Shown here piece by piece: positions 36,047 through 48,823 of a DNA stretch of 64,000 nucleotides. Position 1 is the first letter of the stretch, and every line of letters starts with the position of its first letter. This DNA comes from Macrostomum hystrix. Its lineage: Eukaryota > Animalia > Platyhelminthes. Below the pieces are notes generated by a model, which was not told the origin of the DNA, made no database searches, and was given only the letters and a program-made list of their open reading frames with translations. The position numbers and the translations under genes are program-made. Where the stretch lies: contig CATNEN010000002.1 of NCBI GenBank assembly GCA_950097015.1, forward strand, positions 2,170,001 to 2,234,000, given 5' to 3'.

Positions 36047-38114
36047 TCACTGATTGAGCAGGTGCTCAGTGGCTCGCTCCAGATTCCATAGGTTGGACGA
36101 TAACGCGACTCGACATTCGTGCTGAAATTAAATCGATATTCTTAGAAATAAACATGTTCATAGAACTAGAAATAGGATCAGAAGTCTAGTCTCAGTTAAA
36201 TCAATTGATTGATTCTAAGAAAACAGCGGAAAGTTTCTTGGAAAGTCTGCAGTCTCCCAAATTATTCAACCAATCGACATGAAATGTAGAACACGGGCCA
36301 GTATCACAAAACATCGGCGTCGTCCAGATATTCAACGAATCTCGTCGGGGTGTCTGGTGAAACGTGGATATATCAGTACGATCCCGAGTCCAAAGTCCAG
36401 TCTAAGGAGTGGCTGCCACGTGGTTCAGCGGGTCCCAAGAAGTTCCGTGCCGAGCGGTCAGCAGCGAAGGTCTTGGCGACTGTGTTCTGGGATGCTGAGG
36501 GAGTTGTGATGGTTGACTTCCTAGAAAGCAAGACAACCATCAATGCCATCTACTACGAGTCGCTTTTGCGAAAGCTCCGCACCGAACTGGCCAAAAAGCG
36601 ACCTGGCAAGCTGCACCGTGGAGTGCTCTTCCACCACGACAATGCACCAGCCCACACTTCTCGACTGTGCCGGGAGGCTCTGCGAGATTTCCGCTGGGAA
36701 ATACTTCTGTATCCTCCGTACAGCCCTGATTTGGCTCCTTCAGACTTTTTTGTTTCCAAAGCTGAAGGAGGCGATCAAGGGAGTTTGACATGACAGCAAG
36801 GAGGCTGCCAAGAAGGCTACCGTACAGTGGCTTGCTGCGCAGCCTCCTGCCTTCTACACGAATGGCCTGGAGAGATGGCGACACCGCATGGAGAAGTGTC
36901 TAACCCTGGAGGGGGATTATGTAGAAAAGTAGATTTGTGCGTGAAGCTTGAAGCTCGTGACAATAATATTATCATTACTTTTTGACTGAGCGTCGTAGCA
37001 TTTGATTATTTTACTAAACCAATATCGATTCGCCATAGAGCGAACGGAGCAATGTCAGTTGTCCTTGTCACCAGTGTCTTGGACCTTGAATCGCTGAATA
37101 TCTCGATGATGCTGATGTCGAAAAGCTTTAAAATCGTTTAAAATCGTAAACGACGGAAAACTTTGATCCATAAAGTCCATGTGGACTTTCCGTCGGTCAT
37201 TCGGTTTGGGAATTGGGAGCCATGGTGAAGTAGGCAGCATTTACGAAAAACTATGATAATTTCTCATCCCCAAGCCTCACCTCAGCAAATCCCATCTGTT
37301 TAAGCGACTCAACCTTGGCCTTGAGCTCTGATTCTCTATCGGGAGCGCCGGCGTAGGCGTGGGTCCAGTGCCTGGCTGTCTGCAGGAACACCTGATGATG
37401 CTCCCTGTACTGCTTGGCAACCACTGCATCCTGCGGATCGTCCGGCTCAGGAGAGGCCAGCAGGGCCTGGAGGGACAGCAGGACTGTTCGCAGTGTCATT
37501 GCGGCGGCCCATTGGTCTTTGAGAATGTCCAAGCAGATGGCGCCGGTCACGGAGCTGATGTTCGGATGCCAGATCCTGGTGATGAACTTCACTTTCGGCG
37601 GCGTGAACGGATACGAGTCCGGGATCACAACCTCCAGCTGGCGGGATTGAGGCAAATATCGGGGATTATTGTTGATTGATTGCTCGCGGCGAGGCTTCGG
37701 TTGTGCAACAGTTTCGATTGGCCAGACACGATTTGTACGCAGTCATTTGATGAAAAAAGTCACGTGACCGCTTTTCCCACCAATAGTGACAATACAACCA
37801 ATGGGAATGGCTGGGTGAATGTCCATCATCTAATTCTGAATCTAATGGACCTATATTAATATTACAAGACTCGGCCTTTTACCACTTAGCATTCCAGGAA
37901 AAATATCCTTTGATTGGGAAATTAAATAGAATAATTTTCACACCTGAAATTTGCCATTCTCGTATGGCGTATCAGGCGGGCCGCATATCTCTCCGCGCAA
38001 TCGACGCAGATTGTCTGATATTGGCTCCACCTTGATGTGATGACTGGCAATCTCGTTACTCTTCATCACCTCTTTGAATTCGCGCCTTATTCTTTGGTCG
38101 GCAATGTTGCTCAT
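36047..38114 (-). CDS. UBE2K: Ubiquitin-conjugating enzyme E2 K (E2-25K/Ubc1-type, UBC + UBA), 3 exons, 200 aa
   Basis: Exons 38114-37944, 37637-37281, 36121-36047, all phase 0; MSNIADQRIRREFKEV, HPNISSVTGAICLDILKDQW active site, PEPDDPQDAVVA, UBA end VALSSNLWNLERATEHLL. Confidence 0.95.
36340..36997 (+). pseudogene. 5'-truncated mariner (DD34D) transposase remnant in UBE2K intron 2
   Basis: GETWIYQYDPESK, VFWD, FHHDNAPAH, PYSPDLAPSDF, ..EGDYVEK* motifs; first catalytic Asp missing (SGETW), frameshift in poly-T ~36746, in-frame TGA ~36788; right TIR ending CGTCGTA at 36997. Confidence 0.9.
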
Positions 38115-39479
38115 GGTTTCTGCTTATTAAGTGGCAGCTGGAAGGAATTATTTTTGTGCAAATATTTATTTCACAGTTGATGTAAGATTAAATCATAGCA
38201 AATATTTAATATAGTGATAGTAAAATTGGCTGCATATATAGTTAATGATTTATGAAATCACTGTCCTTAGAGTTTAGAGTTAGGAGTTTAATAATATCAC
38301 TTTATCCAGTAAAATTAGATTCAATTAAAATTAGTCAGGCTAGTTTCGTGCTTGGTGTAATTAACATAAGGAAAACTTTTATAAATAGCACAAATTTAAT
38401 ATTAATTATTTTTATATAGTTAGTGCCTGTCATTGAAAATTAGAAAAATTCAAATTAAAATTAGGCTCATTAAAACAAAACAGATAAAAAGTACATTAGC
38501 TACATATGACATTTAACTGCGTGGTAAAATTTCACAAATGTCAAAAAGTGGTACTAAGTTCAAACAAATCAAATTTTATGCTGTGAACATACACTCTATC
38601 TATTTGCAGGGGGGCCTGGGGCACTAGTCGCACAAGCGACGGAGCGGCATGCCCCCAGACCAGCGAACTAGGCACTTAGCACCCATTGCGCCGCCTCCAC
38701 TGAGCAAGCACCACACACAGCAGCACAGACCAGCCAGAGAGGGCAGGAGGCACCCAGAATAGGCAGTAGTGCCCCCCACCCCAGTCCCACACGCACTGAG
38801 CATACCAAGCCAGGGGGGAAGTCTGATAAGAAATCAGTCCTCAGGGGAGGCCGGGTGATGAGTGTACACTTATCTAATCGTGCTGATGGAAATCCAGAAA
38901 GGGTGCAGTGGTGTACACCTGCCCCCAACCATCCCCCCGCAAGGCCTCACGCCCCAGCACCAATGCACACAACTCACACAACGCAGAACAGGCACACAGA
39001 AGGTAGGAGCAAAGCTATTATTTCAAGCTTTGATTGCACAAAATATGGTGCACCTAAGCCAGTTGCTACTGTCCAAACCCACCAACAAGTCCCGAAATAA
39101 ATTGTGACTTGAAGGGAGAATTGAACTAATGTCCATTGGAGTGCGAGGCAGCAACACTAGCCGCTGACCCACTCACCCCTTGTGAACATACAGTACATTG
39201 GTGCCAGTTATTTTGGTGACAAAACATTTTGTATAAGACATTTCTATGACAAGTCTTTTATGGTTTAGTTGAAAAATAATAAACTTCAAAGTATGACTAT
39301 CAGAGCTTGCGATTTATTTTTAAATTATGAGTTATAAGGCAAACTCCTAGTTTGCTACATTAAATTATTTTACAACATATCTTCAGACTTTACATTTCAG
39401 CCTAACTGGTGACTCTACTATGACTGGGCGACCTAGGGCACCCACGACAATTGTACCCGATGAGAATTTAAGGCCTACT

Positions 39480-39629
39480 GATGAACAAGTGAAGGACAAG
39501 TTCTGGAGAATGCGTGGCACAAGTGACGATGCACTATTCAAGACTCACCTGAAATAGTATCTTTGGCGCCACCTCTTCCCAGAGAAGATGTTTGACAACT
39601 TCCTCTACTGGGTAGCCCATTACTATTGA
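39480..39629 (+). pseudogene. Possible Merlin/IS1595-like transposase C-terminal fragment
   Basis: QVKDKFWRMRGTSDDALFKTHLK*YLWRHLFPEKMFDNFLYWVAHYY resembles the recalled Merlin tail RMRGT...SYL.EFMWR...F..IA..Y; internal stop. Confidence 0.4.
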
Positions 39630-40519
39630 TTGTTGACTACATCCTTTAAAAACTTTTAACTCATCATTTCAACTTATATGCGTGGCATATTAACTTTTAA
39701 AAGGTTTTAAGAGTAAAAATAATTAACAAGCAAACTAGGAGTTTGCAAGTTATAAATATATTTTATTAACTTTTAATTTAATGTTAAAATTAATCACACA
39801 GCACAAGCCCTGACAATGTCTGTAGAAGATAAATGCAACAGCATTAAAAACTAGTATGTTGAGTTTAGTTCTTTATTTAGTTATTATTCTTTATAATCAA
39901 TAGGTGTAGCTTGTTGTTTTATCACTTTACATATTTTAAAAATAAGCTAAATCAAATCAACTAGAACCAGTAATACCTTCAACTTTCAATTTAGTTACTT
40001 TAAATATATATTTTTTAACTTAAGTTTCATTTAATAATTTTACGAAATACAAATTATATTTGTATGGTCAATAGATGGATTGTTTGCAATAAATTAAGTT
40101 TTGCAGAGTAGGCTATTATGCCAAGGAGAAAACAGGTGCATCGCAATTTATCGTCTTGCAAAAGTGGCTTCCGGTATAATAACGAGGGGTTAAAAATACC
40201 CCACATAAAATACAATTTTAATTAAATTTAACATAATCATAAGTAATGCTATAAGTTATCAGCTGATGTAGTACGCGTACGAAGAGGACGGACGACAATA
40301 AAAAGTACCTTGGAGGTGGATTTCTCAGAGTTTCCTCGAAAGTGTGAATATTTTTCCAACTGTAGTTAAAAGAGTTTTTTAAATAGAAAATCTAATTATA
40401 AATTTGGTTAGACTTGCTTAGATAATTTATGATTGCGTGCATCTGTATAGATTTGTTTTTCTTACCTAACTAGTTTCTCGTTCAAATCATTACGGAAGTT
40501 TTATTCGAAAGCAACCGAT

Positions 40520-40605
40520 GAAAGCAAAAGCAAAAGCAAAAGCAAAAGCAAAAGTGACAGCGATAGCAATAGCAAAAGCAAAAGCGAAAGCAAAAGCAAA
40601 ACAGG
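40520..40605. repeat. (GCAAAA)n short repeat
   Basis: Hexamer tandem units. Confidence 0.8.
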
Positions 40606-41349
40606 AATAAAAAAATTGTTGAAATAGAAGCTACATATGTCGCGTCTTCGCAGCCGCCGTGGCGGATTCTGAGTTTCTGATTTTCATTTTCTCTGATAGT
40701 TGAAACAGCAAATTTATCCCCCCCATTATAAAATCCTAGATACGCCACTGGTCGGGGCGAGCGAACTAGGGCGCTATAAGAGAGTTGTGTTTACTCGTTT
40801 TAATTTTGCTTTTGTGTATTAGTTCTTCGCACAGTCACAGAACACTTGCTGCACACGATGAATTAAAAATCGCGGAATATTATAAATCTGCCAGCTTTTT
40901 ACTCGGTTAACTTAAAGGCTATATTAAAAAAAGAAGCAGTGTACAAAGCGTTTTGAATTTTTAGGACTCCACATCTCTATTAAAAGAAGCAATCCTCTGA
41001 CGTGTACCAAAATTCATGCAACGTGAACATAAACATTTGACAAAGAGGCTTCTCTTTGCCTCTCGCTAACTTCTGAGGTCAGAAGGGACATTGTTTTTCT
41101 CATGCCTATCATGAACAACTTTATAATATGGACTTAGCGATCCGTCTGATTCATCAGCCTTTGAAATCAGAATTTACTGTAGCTGCACTCAGCCCTTCGC
41201 TGTGAAATCTGACGCTGATATCTTTCATCTGCTCCATCGAAAAAACAGTACTTTTATGACGTTCTGTGCGTTTGCAGACTTACAAATGTGGGTAGACAAT
41301 GTACAAGTAAAAATGTTTATTTATTATGTACAAGTAAAAATGTACAACA

Positions 41350-42660
41350 AGGATAGACACCCATCATGCAGGACAGACAACAAGGACAGACACCCAGGAC
41401 AGACACCCAGGACAGACACCCAGGACAGACAACAAGGACAGACACCCAGGACAGACACCCAGGACAGAAACCCAGGACAGACAACAAGGACAGACACCCA
41501 GGACAGACACCCAGGACAGACACCCAGGACAGACACCCAGGACAGACAAAAAGGACAGAAAACAAGGACAGACACCCATGCAGGACAGACAACAAGGACA
41601 GACACCCAGGACAGACACCCAGGACAGACACCCAGGACAGACAAAAAGGACAGAAAACAAGGACAGACACCCATGCAGGACAGACAACAAGGACAGACAC
41701 CCAGGACAGACACCCAGGACAGACACCCAGGACAGACACCCAGGACAGACAACAAGGACAGACAACAAGGACAGACACCCATGCAGGACAGACAACAAGG
41801 ACAGACACCCAGGACAGACACCCAGGACAGACACCCAGGACAGACAACAAGGACAGACAACAAGGACAGACAACAAGGAGAGACAACAAGGACAGACACC
41901 CAGGACAGACACCCAGGACAGACACCCCGGACAGACAACAAGGACAGACAACAAGGACAGACAACAAGGACAGACACCCATGCAGGACAGACAACAACGA
42001 CAGACAACAAGGACAGACAACAAGGACAGACAACAAGGACAGACAACAAGGACAGACAACCATGCAGGACAGACAACAACGACAGACAACAAGGACAGAC
42101 AACAAGGACAGACAACAAGGACAGACAACAAGGACAGACACCCAGGACAGACATCCAGGACAGACACCCAGGACAGACAACAAGGACAGACACCCATGCA
42201 GGACAGACAACAAGGACAGACACCCATGCAGGACAGACAACAAGGACAGACACCCATGCAGGACAGACAACAAGGACAGACACCCATGCAGGACAGACAA
42301 CAAGGACAGACAACAAGGACAGACACCCAGGACAGACACCCAGGACAGCCACCCAGGACAGACAACAAGGACAGACACCCATGCAGGACAGACAACAAGG
42401 ACAGACACCCATGCAGGACAGACAACAAGGACAGACACCCAGGACAAAAAACAAGGAAAGACAACAAGGACAGACACCCAGGACAGACACCCAGGACAGC
42501 GCCCAGGACAGACACCCAGGACAAAAAACATGGAAAGACAACAAGGACAGACACCCAGGACAGACACCCAGGACAGCGCCCAGGACAGACACCCAGGACA
42601 GCGCCCAGGACAGACACCCAGGACAGCGCCCAGGACAGACACCCAGGACAGACACCCTGT
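41350..42660. repeat. 13-nt minisatellite (CAGGACAGACACC / AAGGACAGACAAC)n
   Basis: Mixed 13-nt variants; explains the QTPRTD/CPGCLS ORFs on both strands. Confidence 0.95.
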
Positions 42661-43789
42661 CAAAAACAAGCCTCATGAAACAATGTCTCAAAAAAAGGCA
42701 ATATGAAATCGCCTTGAATGTAAGATTATTAAAGTGCAATCTCGAGTTTTCTGAGCAGGGCCGCTAAATCAAGAAAAAGACATCGACTGTTCAATTTATT
42801 CAACTGTCTCATCTGAAGTCTAATTAAGTGAGTGCCCGCATATTTGGCCTGGTTGTGGCACATTGTCTTGGACAGTTCAGATCACAGATTGACAAATCGA
42901 ACTGACAGTGCAGTGCTGAAATCCTTCAAGATGCGTGGCACTTTTCTCCAAAGTCACCTGGGAGCTGCGCATGGTTTGCTCTGCAATTTTTTTATCCAAT
43001 TCCTCTATGCAAAGTCGAGGCATCACGAATTGAAGAAATGTTTTATGACGAGGTCATTGGCCCTAGGCCTCGGTTTGATCCATGTAGGAATAATATTTTA
43101 ACGAGCTCGCGGGGAGCAGTATAACTGCTCATTGAGTGCAGCTGTGTGTAGCTAGTCTTGAAGACTTGATAATCCTTAAATCTAAGTGAATAAAGGGATT
43201 AATTATTATTAATTATTAGTCTCTTTGATGGTCACCTTGATGAAATTTATATATACTAAATTTTAATTGTCCAATACTGCGATTATTCAGAATTTTGTAC
43301 TTTAGCTTTTCTGAGCAAAATGAAAACCTAATCGATTTGTGTTTAGCCAAAACTGTAAAAAAACATGAAATCATGTAATCATGACAATACTTTAGAAAAA
43401 AATATGGATCTGAACATGGGCTCCAAACAGACCTATTGTAAAGTATGTCTTTTTATCTAGGTCAGCTGATTACGCAGTTCTCACAAGCATCGCGTCGAAT
43501 TGTGAATGCACAGGTGTAGAATAATGGATGCTAACAAGCAAATGCTGTGTTGTCAGGTAAGGACAAACTTTTAATTGTAGGCTTTGAGTTCACCTGGAGC
43601 TCTGGATATTCAATCACCTGTCTGTCTGCAAAAATTGTACACATAAAAAATGATACTATGCATCTGTGGAGTGCAATAACATGTTATCACCTAATCGAGG
43701 GGATTGAAAAGTTCAGGAGCTTAGTTGATAGCCCTATCATTTTAAGTTGTTCAGGTGTTAAAAGAATGTTTTTCATCGGAGAATTGCGT

Positions 43790-45270
43790 AGCTCTCAGTA
43801 GCTCTGAGTAGCTCTGAGTAGCTCTGAGTAGCTCTGAGTAGCTCTGAGTAGCTCTGAGTAGCTCTGAGTAGCACCGAGTAGCTCTGAGTAGCTCTAAGTA
43901 GCTCTAAGTAGCGCCGAGTAGCTCTGAGTAGCTCTGAGTAGCGCCGAGCAGTTCTGAGTAGCTCTGAGTAGCGTCGAGCAGTTCTGAGTAGCTTTGAGTA
44001 GCGCCGAGCAGTTCTGAGTAGCTCTGAGTAGCGTCGAGCAGTTCTGAGTAGCTCTGAGTAGCTCTGAGTAGCTCTGAGTAGCTCTGACTAGCACCGAGTA
44101 GCTCTGAGTAGCTCTGAGTAGCTCTGAGTAGTTCTGAGTAGCTCTGAGTAGTTCTGAGTAGCTCTGAGTAGTTCTGAGTAGCTCTGAGTAGTTCTGAGTA
44201 GCTCTGAGTAGTTCTGAGTAGCTATTTTTGTTCTGAGTAGCTCTGAGTAGCTCCGAGTAGCTCTGAGTAGCTCTGAGTAGCGCCGAGTAGCTCTGAGTAG
44301 CTCTGAGTAGCGCCGAGTAGCTCTGAGTAGCTCTAAGTAGCTCTGAGTAGCTCTGAGTAGCTCTGAGTAGTTCTGAGTAGCTCTGAGTAGCTCTGAGTAG
44401 TTCTGAGTAGCTCTGAGTAGTTCTGAGTAGCTCTGAGTAGTTCTGAGTAGCTCTGAGTAGTTCTGAGTAGCTATTTGTGTTCTGAGTAGCTCTGAGTAGC
44501 TCCGAGTAGCTCTGAGTAGCTCTGAGTAGCGCCGAGTAGCTCTGAGTAGCTCTGAGTAGCGCCGAGTAGCTCTGAGTAGCTCTGAGTAGCGCCGAGTAGC
44601 TCTGAGTAGCTCTGAGTAGCTCTGAGTAGCGCCAAGTAGCTCTGAGTAGCTCTGAGTAGCTCTGAGTAGCTCTGAGTAGCGCCGAGTAGCTCTGAGTAGC
44701 GCCGAGTAGCTCTGAGTAGCGCCGAGTAGCTCTGAGTAGCTATTTTGTTCTGAGTAGCTTTTTTTGTTCTGAGTAGCTCTTGTAGTTCTGAGTAGCTCTG
44801 AGTAGCGCCGAGCAGTTCTGAGTAGCTCTGAGTAGCGCCGAGCAGTTCTGAGTAGCTCTGAGTAGCGCCGAGCAGTTCTGAGTTGCTCTGAGTAGCGCCG
44901 AGCAGTTCTGAGTAGCTCTGAGTAGCGCCGAGCAGTTCTGAGTAGCTCTGAGTAGTTCTGAGTAGCTCTGAGTAGTTCTGAGTAGCTATTTTGTTCTGAG
45001 TAGCTTTTTTTGTTCTGAGTAGCTCTTGTAGTTCTGAGTAGCTCTGAGTAGTTCTGAGTAGCTCTTGTAGTTCTGAGTAGCTCTGAGTAGTTCTGAGTAG
45101 CTCTTGTAGTTCTGAGTAGCTCTGAGTAGTTCTGAGTAGCTCTTGTAGTTCTGAGTAGCTCTGAGTAGTTCTGAGTAGCTCTTGTTGTTCTGAGTAGCTC
45201 TGAGTAGCGCCGAGTAGCTTTGGGTAGTTTTATGCAGCTCTGAGTAGCTCTGAGTAGCTCTAAGTAGATA
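43790..45270. repeat. 10-nt minisatellite (GAGTAGCTCT)n
   Basis: ~145 units with GCGCC/GTTCT variants. Confidence 0.95.
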
Positions 45271-46014
45271 TGACATATGAGTAGTATTTTATTGCTCCGA
45301 ACAGTTTTGGGGACTTCTACGTATAGCTCTAAGTAGCTCTGAGCAGCTCTGTGCAGTTCAGTAGAATGCAGACTTGTGTCGCACAGAACGCTTCCTTGTT
45401 TTAAAAAATTTCCGATTCTCGCTACAGGGTCAACAGTTTGCACTGCTCTTCTGTCTGGTTTGCTGAGCAGCAGAGCCAAGCCCATTTATTATCTTCCATG
45501 GCTGATTTCCACATTGGATATAGAGTGCATTCTTTAGTGTGCTTTGACCAGTGATGTGTTCAACCAGCTACAGCCGTGGCCTTATTACAGTCTTTAGAGT
45601 TGGACGAAATTTTGCAGCTGAATATCTGTTTGACGAGTAGGCACATCTCGCATTTTCAATTACCTGTTTGGTAATTGCCTGTTTACCTGTTTACCTGTTT
45701 ACCTGTTTGGAGAAAGTGTGGTTGCAGCATCGGTTTTTTATACGAAAGTCAGGAGTTCGAATTTCAGCTAAATAAAAACTATTTGTGTCGTTAGGCAATA
45801 CACTTCAGTCCCCCTTGCTTCAGTTCAACCAGCTGTGATTTTAGTTTCAACTGGACAGACTAGCTGAGGTAACAATTCGGTTGACTTTTGGCAGCAATCC
45901 CCAGTCCATGGACTGGGCAGCTGTACACAGCCTTTTAGCTGCGACCAAGCCTTCGGCTGTAAATCTGTACATCTATGGTGTATGGTGAATAGTATTTTGC
46001 TTGAAGACATTCTG

Positions 46015-46015
<1 letters not shown>

Positions 46016-46102
<87 letters not shown>

Positions 46103-46106
46103 CTAT

Positions 46107-46178
<72 letters not shown>

Positions 46179-46182
46179 CTAT

Positions 46183-46242
<60 letters not shown>

Positions 46243-46285
46243 CTATGACAGACAGACAGACAGACAGTAGACAGACAGACAGACA
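46016..46285. repeat. (GACA)n microsatellite
   Basis: Interrupted three times by CTAT. Confidence 0.95.
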
Positions 46286-47141
46286 ATCAGGAAAGCAGCT
46301 GCTTCTGCAGTCAAACGCAGTGCAATGAAATGGAAAATGCCATGTATTCTCAATCATTGACTGGACTCGCCGGCATTGCTGGAAAACAAGAGATTTCATA
46401 TCCGGAGAGCTAAAAATTTTAGACCGCTTTTCGGCTGTTGAAAGGAGGCCACGAGAGTCAAAGCGGTGCATGGGTCAGAAAATGCGCGGATTTGTTTTCG
46501 CTTGTTTGTCACGAGCGTAATTAAAATATTTATTGGAAAAATTACTGGATTCTGGATTCTGACAGTGGAAATTTCCTGGTCTAAATCAAGCATTGTGAAA
46601 ATTCTTACCTTGCCTCTGAATACACAATGCTTTAATCTTATCAATAAAAACTGGCTTTACTACTACTAACCAGATTAAGTTCAGAAAAATAGCTGCTTTC
46701 GTAGAAACTCGTTGCACTTTTAATTAAAATGCTGTGATTGTTTAACGCCTCGTTTTTGCTTAGTTACAATGACGATGGTACTTGATACGCCGTACGTCTC
46801 TACGCTCGCTCATTGATGAGCATCATGTTCTAATTATTTTAACTTAAAGCACATGCCAGATGTCACAAGAGTTCCTGAACAGCGACCAGCCTACTTCAAG
46901 TAGTTTAAGTTTGTGGCCGTATTTCCACTGGTTCTGAGCCGTATATACTCGCGCTATCCGTTTCCTAGCAGAATCAGCCAATCCAAGTACGATCTCAGTG
47001 TCCAATTGCTTCTGCACAAGGCCCTCGACAACCCTCACGTTCGCCCTTAAAACGGGGGGCATCAGCCCATGAACTCCTTCCCGCTTTTGTCTGGAACGTA
47101 AGTGTGTCTATATTAAAGCCCTTCAAAGTAAAAAGGACAAA

Positions 47142-48347
47142 ATGTCACGAAATATCGAGCTGCCGGACATCGCCGACACCTCGCTGGTCGACAACTCGAC
47201 TGGCCTTCGCCTGACGTCTCCGCCAGCTTCTGCGCACGTTTTCGACAGCGTCGCTTGGAGTGCAACCCTCGCCTTCTCGATATTCGCCGTGCTGCTCAAC
47301 GCGTACCTGCTGAGGGCCCTGACTCAGAGGCGTCAGACGGCTCGACATGGCAAGACCAACAGCCTGCTGGTGCTGACTGGCTCTGAGATTGCCCTGACGC
47401 TGTTCCTGTCCTGCTATCTCGTGGTCTATCGGGCGTCCGGTCGACTGCACCTCGAATCCGGCTTCCACACGCTGCACATAGTTCGCAACTACTGGATACT
47501 GGCCATCACCGCCTGCCGCCTCGTGGTCATTGTGCAGCCGTTCCGAGCCACCCAGGCGGGAGGCTTCTTCGGAGCGCGTCGTCAAGCGCAGACTCTCACA
47601 GGGATTGTTGTCCTGGCCACGGCTGTGGTTTGGATCAGCGCCGCGGCCACGGCCTCCGGTCAGATTCCTGTCCAGCTGATCAACCAGAGCGACGTCCGCC
47701 TCACCTTCGATGCGGCCGGCCTCATCGCCGCCAATTTCAGTCGGGTTTTCCACAACGCGAACCTGGTGGACCGAGGTCTCGCGATTCGGGACGCAGTCAG
47801 GCCGGGTCTGATTCGCTACGCTCTCGTGGTCTCATTTGGAAGCATCCTTCCCGGCAGCTGCATCACCGTGATGGGCGCCAAGATGGCTAAGGAGTTGCGT
47901 CGCAGCGTGTTCAACCGCGCCTCGTCCCGGCGGTCCTGCAAGCTGGTGCTGCTGCTCTCTCTCGGCTTCGTCGTCTGCGAGTTTCCGTTCGCCGTGGCGC
48001 ACATCGTGACAGTGGCGTACGTCCTGTGCACCAGCGGCCCAATTAGCGAGCTCGACATTGTCATGGAGCGAATGGAGCGAGTGGCTAGCTGGGGCCTCGC
48101 CTTCGTGCCGGTGGACTCCTGCCTGAACTTTGTCATCCTGATGCGTTACAGCAAGAGCTTCCGGCGGGCGCTTCGCGGCAGCTGCAAGAAGGCGACATTA
48201 GGCGGCGATGGCACCAACGGAGGTGGCATCGGTGGCGGCAGCGGTGGTGGACAGTCGCGCGGAGCGGCTAACAACGGTGAACAGGTGGCGCTGCAGATGC
48301 ACAGCTGGAACTGCAGCAGGAGTGAACTGCAACTGCAGCAGGAGTGA
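47142..48347 (+). CDS. Divergent single-exon class A GPCR-like 7TM protein, 401 aa
   Basis: Seven hydrophobic segments; TM1 LLN, TM3 TACRLVVIVQPF, TM5 ILP, TM6 VCEFPF, TM7 DSCLNFVIL, helix-8 SKSFRRAL; GC-rich codon usage like the other exons. Confidence 0.8.
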   Translation: MSRNIELPDIADTSLVDNSTGLRLTSPPASAHVFDSVAWSATLAFSIFAVLLNAYLLRALTQRRQTARHGKTNSLLVLTGSEIALTLFLSCYLVVYRASGRLHLESGFHTLHIVRNYWILAITACRLVVIVQPFRATQAGGFFGARRQAQTLTGIVVLATAVVWISAAATASGQIPVQLINQSDVRLTFDAAGLIAANFSRVFHNANLVDRGLAIRDAVRPGLIRYALVVSFGSILPGSCITVMGAKMAKELRRSVFNRASSRRSCKLVLLLSLGFVVCEFPFAVAHIVTVAYVLCTSGPISELDIVMERMERVASWGLAFVPVDSCLNFVILMRYSKSFRRALRGSCKKATLGGDGTNGGGIGGGSGGGQSRGAANNGEQVALQMHSWNCSRSELQLQQE

Positions 48348-48680
48348 ACTGCAGCTGCAGCGGGAGTGAACTGCAACTGCAGCGGGAGTGAACTGCAAAT
48401 GCAGCGGGAGTGAATTGCAACTGCAGCGGGAGTGACCTGCAACTGCAGCGGGAGTGACCTGCAACTGCAGCGGGAGTGAACTGCAAATGCAGCGGGAGTG
48501 AACTGCAAATGCAGCGGGAGTGAACTGCAGCTGCAGCGGGAGTGACCTGCAACTGCAGCGGGAGTGAACTGCAGCTGCAGCGGGAGTGAACTGCAGCTGC
48601 AGCAGGAGTGAACTGCAGCTGCAGCGGGAGTGAACTGCAACTGCAGCGGGAGTGAACTGCAACTGCAGCGGGAGTGAAGT
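48310..48680. repeat. 22-nt minisatellite (GGGAGTGAACTGCAACTGCAGC)n overlapping the GPCR stop codon
   Basis: ~17 units; GPCR TGA at 48345-48347 lies inside the array. Confidence 0.92.
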
Positions 48681-48823
48681 GCAACGTAACTTTATACTCG
48701 TAGTTTAGCTTTCAATGCTTATTAAAATATATCAAATAAATGTTTCGTGTGTGCTTTTGTGCTTCGTTTGCAGCTGCTGCTTTAGCTCAAAATAGCTAAA
48801 GCTTTTCAGAGAAACCGCTTTCA

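Noticed and set aside
41202-45485. Long QTPRTD, CPGCLS and ATQSYSELL ORFs
   Set aside because: Open on multiple frames and strands because of 13- and 10-nt tandem repeats; no unique domain
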